DNA of 64,000 nt from Octopus sinensis (lineage: Eukaryota), in NCBI RefSeq assembly GCF_006345805.1, contig NC_043000.1, forward strand, positions 20,956,001 to 21,020,000. Direction: 5' to 3'. The position numbers were made by a program, and so were the translations under genes. This document shows, one piece after another, positions 1-10,700 of the stretch (position 1 is the stretch's first letter; each line of letters opens with the position of its first letter). The notes beneath the pieces were generated by a model that ran no database searches, was not told the DNA's origin, and saw only the letters and a list, made by a program, of their open reading frames with translations.

Positions 1-3000
1 CCACGGGTTATGGCTTCACTAGTCTTGCCGGGTCTTCTCACGCACAGCATACTTCCATAGGTCTCGGTCTCTGATCATTTCCATGGTGAGACCTAATGTT
101 CGAAGGTCGTGCTTCACCACCTCGTCCCAGGTTTTCCTGGGTCTACCTCTTCCACGGGTTCCCTCAACTGCTAGGGATTGGCACTTTCTCACACACCTAT
201 CTTCATCCATTCTCGCCACATGACCATACCATCGCAATCGTCTCTCTTGCACGCAACAACTGATGCTTCTTAGGTACAACATTTTCTTAGGGAACTAACA
301 CTCTGTCGAGTAAGTACACTGACATTACACATCCATCGGAGCATACTGGCTTCATTCCTCATGAGCTTACGCATGTCCTCAGCAGTCACGGCCCATGTTT
401 CACTGCCATGTAGCATGGCAGTTCGAACACATGCATCATACAGTCTGCCCTTTACTCTGAGCGAGAGGCCTTTAGTCACCAGCAGAGGTAAGAGCTCCCT
501 AAACTTTGCCCAGGCTATTCTTATTCTAGCAGTTACACTCTCAGCGCACCCACCCCCACTACTGACTTGGTCACCTAGATAACGGAAGCTATCAACTACT
601 TCTAATTTTTCCCCCTGGAAAGTGACGGAAGTTGTTTTCTGCAGATTTTTGGAGGTCAATGCTCCCGAGCATCTGCCACATATAAAGACTGTCTTCCCAG
701 TTAGCCTACCTTTGACATTGCTGCACCTCTTATGTGTCCATAGCTTACACTGGGTACATCTTATAGAGTTTCTACCTACACCTTTTCTACAGATCGAGCA
801 GGGCCATCTTCCTGAGGACATTTGTGGATTGCCTACCTTTCTACTTATTAGTACTTTGGTTTTAGCTAGGTTGACTCTAAGGCCCCTCGATTCTAAACCC
901 TCCTTCCACACCTGGAACTTCTCCTCCAGTTCTGATAGTGACTCAGCAATTAGAGCGAGGTCGTCAGCATAGAGGAGCTCCCAGGGGCAACCTGTCTTGA
1001 ATTCCTCTGTTATTGCCTGGAGGACTATGATAAATAGGAGGGGGCTGAGTACTGAACCCTGGTGGACCCCAACCTCTACTTTGAATTCTTCTGTGTACAT
1101 GTTGCCAACCCTAACCTTGCTTACGGCATCTCTGTACATGGCTTGCACAGCCCTCACCAGCCATTCATCTATCCCTAGTTTCCTCATTGACCACCAGATG
1201 AGGGATCGGGGGACCCTATCAAAGGCTTTCTCCATGTCAACGAAAGCCAGGTACAGGGGCCTATCTTTGGCTAGGTATTTCTCCTGCAGCTGCCTTACCA
1301 GGAATATAGCATCAGTGGTGCTTTTCCCTGGCACAAACCCAAACTGCATCTCATCTAAACTAACTCTCTCTCTAATTAGTTGGACTATGACCCTCTCCAT
1401 AACCTTCATTACCTGATCCAACAGCTTGATACCTCTGTAATTATTTGTATCTAGGGCATCACCTTTACCTTTGTAGCAGTTGACTAGTACGCTGCTACAC
1501 CAGTCATTGGGTATGACTCCTTCGTGTATCACCTGATTAACTATACGGGTGACTAGGCTATAGCCGACACTGCCAGATATTTTGAGCATCTCTGCAGTAA
1601 TTCCTGATGGGCCTGGGGCTTTCCCTGTCTTCATGCTTCTAATTGCCTTAGCTACCACGGAACTATCAATTCGGATAGCTGGTCCCTCTGTTGGGTCAAC
1701 ATTCGGCAGACTCTCTTTATCCCATTCATTTTCTTTATTCAGCAACCTTTCATAGTGGCATCTCCAAACCTCTCTCTTTGCTTCCTCATTTAGCGCAAGT
1801 GAACCATCATCCATGCGAACACACTTCTCTCCTACCACATCACGATTCTCTCTCACACACTGTCTTGCAACACGAAATACCTCAAGTCTTTCATCCTCAC
1901 GGCGCAGAACATTGGCAAATTTTTTCTTATCCGCTTCCCCTCTGGCTAAATAAACCTGTCTCCTAGCTTCCCTTCTGGCTGTCTGATACAATTCCTGCTA
2001 CCACCGTTCTTCCAGTCCTTCCAAGCCTGTCTCTTTTGTCTAATAGCCCTGTCAACCACAGTGTTCCACCACCATGTTACTCTGGGTTGAGATGGTACTT
2101 TGCTCCATCCACAGATCTGGTCAGTGGCTGTCAGCAGATTGTCCCGTAGAAATCTCCAGTTGTCTTCCACATTAAGTGAAGCTATATCCCCTTCTATTTC
2201 GTCAAAGGCTTCGAGTAGTATGTCTCTAAATCTCTGTCCATTTGCAGGATCTTTAAGCTTCCAGACCCTTCTCCTCCAAGCAGGTCTTCTTCTGGGCAAC
2301 CATTTAGCTCTGATCCTGAAGTCGCTAACTACTAATCTATGTTGAGGAGTGCATTCTTCGCCTGGAAAGCTTTTGGCATTTATAATCAGCCCTCTTTCCC
2401 TTTTTCTGGCAAGGATGTAGTCAATCTGGCTGGTGTGTCTGCCAGAACGGTAGGTGACTAGGTGAGAGGAGAGTTTCCTGAAGTTGGTATTGCAGACCAT
2501 AAGGTCATTTGCATCGCAGAACTCCAGCAGCCTGGTTCCCTCCTCATTACGAGAGCCGAAACCATAGCCTCCATGGACGCCATGGAAGCCCCCGACATGC
2601 CGTCCGACATGTCCATTGAAATCACCTGCCACGAAGAGAAGGTCACTGTCATTTGTCAACGAGGTAGTTTGCAATAGGGTGTCATAGAATTGGTCTTTTT
2701 GTCCTTCCGGTAGCCCTGGTTGAGGGGCATATGCCGAGATGATGGTAACTGTCCTGTGGTGAAGAACTAATCTAATTTTAATTACTCTGTCACTTACTCT
2801 GACTACCTCAATTACCTTACCTACCCATTTCTCTGCAAGAAGTATACCCACGCCCCCGACCCCATCAGTGTTCCCTGCCCAGAAAATCTTGTACCTGTGT
2901 TCCTTGCCTGTGAGGAGCCTAGCGGAACCTCCTCTCCACCTTACTTCCTGGATACAACATACATCCACACGTCTCCGTTCAAGCAGCTCTACAATCTCTC

Positions 3001-3106
3001 CAGACCTACCTTTCAATGTGCCAACATTGAGTGTGCCAACTCTGAGGGTGTGGGAGGTGTGGGCATCTGAGACCCTGGGATGAGGGGCAGCCGTGTCATG
3101 TACCTG
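1..3106 (-). mobile_element. RTE-clade LINE, near full-length ORF (APE endonuclease + RT + PHD finger), two 1-nt frameshifts; 3' end runs off the window
   Basis: ORFs 1946..3136 (GTLNVGTL, IQE, AGDFNGH, SQIDY, QH), 270..1991 (RT with QFGF, LYADD, FRYLG) and 19..282 (RRLRWYGHV...RGRGRPRKTW). Confidence 0.95.
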
Positions 3107-3252
3107 AAAAGAAAGCTTGCATTTGGCAGATTTCATATGGAAACACTAGACTACAACTTGCATACATTTCACAATTTTTGCGCTATATGATCAGATAAAC
3201 CCTACATAGGTGCCAGTGGGGGTGGGGGTAGTTAGGTAAGACAGGGGTAGAC

Positions 3253-4020
3253 CTTCCGGTATTTTGGTAGAAACTTCCGGTACTGGTGGAGGGGGTGGGA
3301 GGGCGGGCGAGAACATAGAGGCAACTAGTTTGAATATTATATTTGGGAGAAAATAATTAGATAAATGAAAGAGAGCCAGAGAGAGAATGAAAATAAATAA
3401 TAATAAATACGGTATGGTAATGATACGAGGGGGCAATATTTTGAGGGATAATGGAATAAACAACGAAGATGGCACTGAAAGAAACGGTAAACTTTAAAAG
3501 AATGTATGGAGTCGCCATGTTTTAGCGAAGGGAAACGAAAGGAGAACTGATTTAGGTATCTAAACAAACGCTTAAAAATATGAAAAGTAGCAGTTGAAGT
3601 TTAAAGTCTTAACTGGCCATTTTGAAAATCCGTCTTTTCTCTGGAGGCGAAGGGAGTGAATGAGAGAGAGATACGATCGTCCACAGGTTTTTAAGGGAAT
3701 TAGGGATTTGTGTGTGTGTGTGGGGGGGGTAACACGAGGGGAGAGAGAGCGAGAGAGAGATAGAACATAGAGGCAACTAGTTTGAATATTATATTTGGGA
3801 GAAAATAATTAGATAAATGAAAGAGAGCCAGAGAGAGAATGAAAATAAATAATAATAAATACGGTATGGTAATGATACGAGGGGGCAATATTTTGAGGGA
3901 TAATGGAATAAACAACGAAGATGGCACTGAAAGAAACGGTAAACTTTAAAAGAATGCATGGAGTCGCCATGTTTTAGCGAAGGGAAACGGAAGAACTGAT
4001 TTAGGTATCTAAACAAACGC
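3253..4020. promoter_or_regulatory. Promoter-like island with a duplicated 260-bp segment
   Basis: ETS motifs (A/C)CTTCCGG at 3253 and 3273, GC box GGGCGG at 3301, YY1-like AAGATGGC / CGCCATGTT / GCCATTTTG; near-identical direct repeat 3310-3571 and 3762-4020. Confidence 0.45.
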
Positions 4021-4336
4021 ATTACAATCCTAATCAGTTTAAAATGCAAAAATAAAAAATTCCTCATCAATTGGACTCTAACTCTTTGTGTAGTTTTCAT
4101 AACTTGATTGGATACCTCTATAATCAACTCTCTCTAAAATATGACCTTTATTTTTGCAACAGTTGATGATGATGCTGCAATGCCCCACTGATTAAGTATT
4201 GTGCCTTCCTCAACCACCAGATTGACTATGCAGGTGACAAGGCCGTTTCACTTCGGTGCATATTTTAAACTTCTAACCAGTGATTCCTGATGGACATGTG
4301 CCTTCCTTGTTTTTATAACCATAAATACTCTGTTAT

Positions 4337-4720
4337 GTGGAGGCACAATGGCACAGTAGTTAGGGTAGTGGACTTGTGGTCGTAGGATCGCAGCTTTGAT
4401 CCCCAGACCGGGCATTGTGAGTCTTTATTGAGCGAAAACACCTAAAGCCCCACGAGGTTCCAGCAGGGGGTGATGGCAAACCCTGCTGTACTCTTTCACC
4501 ACAACTTCCTCTCACTCTTTCTTCCTGTTTCTGTTGTACCTGTATTTACAAAGGGCCAGCCTTGTCGCACTCTATGTCTTGCTGAATTTCCCTGAGAACT
4601 ACATTAACAGTACACGTGTCTGTGAAGGGCTCAACCACTTGCATGTTAATTTCACGAGCAGGCTGTTCCATTGATCAGATCAACTGGAACTCTCGTAGTT
4701 GTAACTGATGGAGTGCCACA
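4337..4720 (+). mobile_element. tRNA-derived SINE (degenerate A/B boxes)
   Basis: tRNA-like head followed by a body shared with copies at 26255-26555, 38625-38940 and 59745-60062. Confidence 0.7.
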
Positions 4721-4999
4721 ACTCCAGTTGATCTGATTGAAAGAAAGAAAGGGAACAGCAACGAGTAATATCAAGTAACAAGAAGAGAAACTAAGTTCTA
4801 AGTATAATTAACTGAAGGAAAGGCTAGAAGTTTGAAGCTTGTCACTGGAGATTAATACTGTTGGTAAATTCTGTAATTTGAATGATAATGGAGTCCTTGC
4901 TCATATCAAACCTAAAAAGAAATGGTGAAGTTCTATTAAAACGGGCTGCTAAACGAGGAGAATGCATGGAAGAAAGGTCTACTCCATGCAGACCTGCTG

Positions 5000-5180
5000 C
5001 AGTAGTTCTCAGCCAGGGTTCATATGACCCTTGGAGGTCCACATAAGATTCTGTTGTTAAAATTTATGAGCAACAAATGGGTTATACTTCTACATTGCTC
5101 GAGATATTTTAACAATTGTTTTTTAAAACATTAAATGCTTATGAAGTTCCATTGGTAAAAAATGATTGAGAACCACTGAC
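5000..5180. mobile_element. hAT/Charlie-type MITE
   Basis: Ends CAGTAGTTCTCA ... TTGAGAACCACTG. Confidence 0.65.
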
Positions 5181-6426
5181 TTTCAGGGACCAGCCATTCA
5201 AGCTGACAGAAGTGCATTACTTTAAGCCTGTAGCCTAGACTTGGCTGGTATAAATGAACCTCATTGCTAGAGGTTCAGAAAAACTTCACAGTTCAATACA
5301 AATATTGTCATGTAACATTTATTTTCATTTGAATTTTTCATAAATTTGACATCTGATGATGGATTATAACCTTTATCATTACAGTCACTTTTCCATATTT
5401 GCGTAGGTTGGACATGTCCTCTCCAACACAGTATCTTACCATTTGTAGTTTTCCTTTATCATCTCCTATGGGAAGTTCAACATCCTGAGATTAGCTTTTG
5501 CCATTTCTGCCTATATCTTCCTTGGTCTTTCTCTTCCAGTTTCCTTCCACTTGGATACCCTAGCATTTCTTTACCCATTTGTTATCTCCCATACACAACA
5601 TATATTTATACCAACAGTCTTTATTCTTGCACACTACAACTGACTCCCCTTATACTCTGTTTATCTATCAGATCACCTGTACTAACATTACACATCATGC
5701 AGGATATACTAGTTTCATTTTTTCTCCAACCTTTACATGTTTTCTGCATACAGTACCCACATCTCTCTACCATCTGCTCTGGAGAAAAGCTTTCATTCAT
5801 TATTCAGACATCTGCAGTTCTTTTAAACTCTGCAGACGCCCAAAAAATTATACAATACTAAATAGAAAATACCTTCTGAAAACTACTTGGCTAAATAATC
5901 CAAATAATAATTAAAATAATACAAATTAAACTGCTTTCATTTTATACAGATTTTTTTTCTGCATTTTGGTATGTTAGTGCCAACTGAAGATATTTGATAA
6001 ATTCAAACATATCTGATTTTCTTGTGTAATCAGATAATCTTCTTAATTTCAACACAGTCTCCAAAAATAAGGAACAGATATAGAGAATAAAAATGCAGTA
6101 AAACTTTATGATTTGTAAATAATTTCATTAAATAGAATACATAGAGATGAGGACAAGTTGTCAGTCAGAGAAAATGGAAAACTTAAAGAAATAGCAGATG
6201 TGAAAGAAAGAAAAAATATATTTTATTTAACTTGAAAATTTATTTTATAAAAAATTAAAATCAGAAAATTATTCAAAATGATACAGATGGTTCCTACATA
6301 AAAAAAAAAAACACAAGGTTTCAGATTTATAAAGGAATGGGTTGAAAGAGACAGTTTGATGTTCTTGAACAACAGAAATGAAATGACGAACAATTGGAAA
6401 CAGCGAATAGGCATCAACGGACAGCA

Positions 6427-6463
6427 TCAACGCTTCTTGAAGCCTTTTTTATTTGGTCCCCAA
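6427..6463 (-). CDS. NBN: NBN last coding exon
   Basis: (N)WGPNKKGFKKR*; acceptor CATTTACAG; TGA at 6429-6427; basic tail like NBS1 KRRR. Confidence 0.88.
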
Positions 6464-7645
6464 CTGTAAATGAAATTAAATATTATTAAATAATTTTCAG
6501 TACTGTCAGGAAATATTTGGCATTTCTTTCAATGAAATAAACAAATTTATTTAATTATCATTCTTAAAATCAAATAAGATTTTAAGAAGCAACAACCTCA
6601 AAAAAAATTACCTTTAGACGAAAGTTAACAGCAACAGCCTATATACTGGACAAGGATATTCTGGTTTCCTCTTGTCTTTTATGTCACTGATGTGTTACTA
6701 TAGACTAAGACAGAGAAACTTGTTTACAACTATTGTGTGATGTAAACACCAGGAACTACACCCCAGCACACAAACATACAGAGGCATTCTCACTCACTCA
6801 CACACACACACAAACAAGCTTCTTTCAGTTTCTGTATACCAAATTGTCATAAAATATACAGCTCTATTGCTTCTATACTTTCTCATAATCTTTCTCATCT
6901 CTTACGCAGGGTTTTCCCACGCCCGTCTCCGCGGGACCACTCTTCCATCTTCCCCTCAGCTGGAGTCCTTTTTCCTTAACCCCCCCCTTTTTCGTTACAC
7001 ACACGCGCACACATATACACACATTGCTTAAATATATACATTACTCTTACACACATTCAATCTACTCGCCATTAATACCACCACGAACACTGGACACACA
7101 CACACACTACTACTCAACACACGCTGGCACGCTACATACGCCCCCACCCCTTCCCCTCCCTCCCTTCCTCCTTCCTTCTTTTTCTTACTACTGACCTTGT
7201 CTGCTAAGCTGACCACTAGTCTCGCCCTACCTCACACGCCTACACACAGACGCACACACTAACACACACATATATATTTTTGTGTTTTTTCATCTCGCCT
7301 CACACACACACATACACACACGCACACGCACACACTCACACATACACACACATCTGTTGCGTTACCAACCTTATCTCCACTCTTTTGCCTTTAAAAACCC
7401 ACTTTGCTCTGTTTTCGTAAACATCCGCCTTTCACCATGTGCAACTCGTAAACACCAGTCGTCTTTTTTCTCTTTCCCTGTTGCCCGCTCTGGGATCTTT
7501 CTTTCCTCTCTCTTCCTTCTTTATGTTTCCGACGAAGAGCTCCGCTCGAAACGTCATACCTCCCTGCTTCCATTTCTTGAGCGCCTATTAATAATAATAC
7601 TGTAATTGTTCCATTGTTGTTGTGTTTTTGTTTCCCGTTTGGATT

Positions 7646-7717
<72 letters not shown>

Positions 7718-10700
7718 ATATATATATATATATTAAGAAATAGGAGGCAGTCAGAATTTTGGATAATTGTGTATTAGCGCTTTCAACTTTTCAAATATCT
7801 GAACTAATTGACTGTTTGGTTAATTATTCAGTCTATCAATCAATCAGCTAGGGTTCACTGTCATTCACAACCTCATCATTGGGCTTTAACAAACCTAGCT
7901 GATTGACTGAATGGTTATCAAACAATTGTTAACCAATTGCCTAACAATAATAAAAGAAGTGAAACAGAACCTCAAAATAAAGAGGACAGATCCTGTACAC
8001 TATAGATCTTTATTGCAATCAGACCTGGACACAATGCAGCAATGGATCATGGACTGGCAACTGAAGCTGGCTATGGACAAATGTACCACCATGCATTTTG
8101 GGAGGAAAAACCCAGCATCTACTTACTCCCTCCACAACACTAATCTCAAAAAGTCTTGTGAAAGTGACCTGGGCATTATTGTCAACAGCGATTTGCGTTG
8201 GACAAAACACATTGCTAAAATTGCCAAGGCTGAGGGTGTCTTGGCATCACTCACCAAGTCCTTTGTGAGCCACTCTCCGGCTATCTATCTGAGGCTTTAT
8301 AGAGCTATGGTGCAGCATCACCTGGAATTTGCATCACCAGTCTGGAACCCCTATCTTGCCCAGGATATTAATTGCTTGGAAACCGTTCAGCGACGTGCAA
8401 CCAAGAGAATACCCTCCATCAGGCATCTGCCATATTCTGAATGCCTTACTTCCCTGGGCATGGATACATTAAAACTCCGACGTCTGGCAGCTGACTTGGC
8501 AGACACCCATAAAATTATTAACCATCTTACTAACAATAACTGAGAACCTTTTCAAACTCCACCTGTCTAACACCCGTGGACATATTTACAAAGTCAGAAA
8601 ACAGCACAGCTCCCATGACTTTCGGAAACATTTTTTCACGCTAAGAGTTGCTGAAGTATGGAACAAACTGCCAGCATCAGTTGTTAGTTGTCGGAGCACT
8701 GCATCCTTCAAAACTTCCATGCTTCCTGAGATTCGCCAACATTACACCTGATTTTCTCCCCTCCATACACACGCAAGCATGTATCTGACTCGTACACTGT
8801 TCACTTTCCAGACATTTGTGCATTACTGCATATGCTTTATACGCACTTTTGACAAGTTGTGGTGCACCTGAGCACTGTATACAATAATTTCATTATTATT
8901 GGCATAAGGACCCTCCTAAATTCACACCAAGAATCTTGCAAACCAAATCGGAAAACAAAATTTTGTAATCTGTTCAGCTAAAAGTTACATGAAACCCAGT
9001 AATGTACCAAAACTATAGTCAACATCCACAATTTATATACTGCAAGATGGAGACACTGTAAATAATTAATACAATACACTTTAAAAAGGAAATAACAAAT
9101 GTTGCAGTTACTTACTTGAAAAGTTTTTCAATTTTTCTATTTTCTTCATTCTCCTGACTCTCTTTCTGCAATGATTTTTTAAATATGAGTCTTCAGTAAA
9201 TTACAATGAGTATTAATAATATCAAACTTATCTCTAAAAGTATTACAATAAAACTATATTTACCGTAAATCCTCGAGTATAATCTGCATTTTTTTCCCAA
9301 AATTTAAAGGTCAAAATCCCTAGTGCGTACTATATACGAGGTTAAAAATGAAAAACATTTTCTAAGCAATGTCCAAATCTCTATTTGGTGTCTGGCAATG
9401 TTTATTGAGATGCATTTTGTGATGTCGGGCATGAAAATACCTTAAGCTAAGCCTGAAAGCAATGAAGTCATAAAGTGATTTATGGACTGAATGGATATCG
9501 ACTGGAGAAAAGTCGTTCACTAAAAGTGGAAAGGTTCGTGCTCCTGACCTGACTTTGATATACAAATGGATCATGTATGCATGGAATGAACTTGATACTC
9601 AGATTATTGTGAAAAGTTTTATCAAATGTTGTATATCGTGTGCACTGGATGGTACTCAGGATGACATTGTATGGAAAGATGAAATAAATGAAAGTGAATC
9701 TTCTGATTTTGACTATGAATCTGACAATGACGGAGATTTACACTACAATGATGCTGAAAGTGACGTTGAATCTGAAGGATTTGAATAAATGTTTTTGCTT
9801 TTGCTTTTGTAACTGATATTGATAAATGTGGAAGACAACTGGAGATTTCTACGGGACAATCTGCTGACAGCCACTGACCAGATCTGTGGATGGAGCAAAG
9901 TCCCATCTCGACCCAGAGTAACGTGGTGGTTGAACAATGTGGTTGACAGGGCTATTAGACAAAAGAAACAGGCTTGGAGGGACTGGAAGAACAGTGGTAG
10001 CAGGGAATTGTATCAGACAGCCAGAAAGGAAGCTAGGAGACAGGTTTATTTAGCCAGAGGGGAAGCGGATAAGAAAAAATTTGCCAATGTTCTGCACCGT
10101 GAGGACCAAAGACTTGAGGTATTTTGTGTTGCAAGACAGTGTGTGAGAGAGAATTGTGATGTGGTAGGAGAGAAATGTGTCCGCATGGGTGATGGTTCAC
10201 TTGCGCTAAATGAGGATGCAAAGAGAGAGGTTTGGAGATGCCACTATGAAAGGTTGCTGAATAAAGAAAATGAATGGGATAAAGAGAGTCTGCCGAATGT
10301 CAACCCAACAGAGGGACCAGCCATCCGAGTTGACAATTCTTTGGTAGTTAAGGCAATTAGAAGCATGAAGACAGGGAAAGCCCCAAGCCCATCAGGAATT
10401 ACTGCAGAGATGCTCAAATTATCTGGCAGTGTCGGCTATAATCTAGTCACCCATATAGTTAATCAAGTGATACACGAAGGAGTCATACCCAATGACTGGT
10501 GTAGCAGCATACTAGTCAACTGCTACAAAGGTAAAGGAGACGCCCTATATACAAATAATTACAGAGGTATCAAGCTGTTGGATCAGGTAAGGAAGGTTAC
10601 GGAGAGAGTCATAGCCCAACTAATTAGAGAGAGAGTTAGTTTAGATGAGATGCAGTTTGGGTTCGTGCCAGGGAAAAGCACCACTGATACCATATTTCTG

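Noticed and set aside
361-3083. Antisense ORFs over the RTE copies (e.g. 997..1416, 10583..11002, 63136..63555)
   Set aside because: Shadow frames of the RT coding strand; conserved only because the LINE copies are near-identical.
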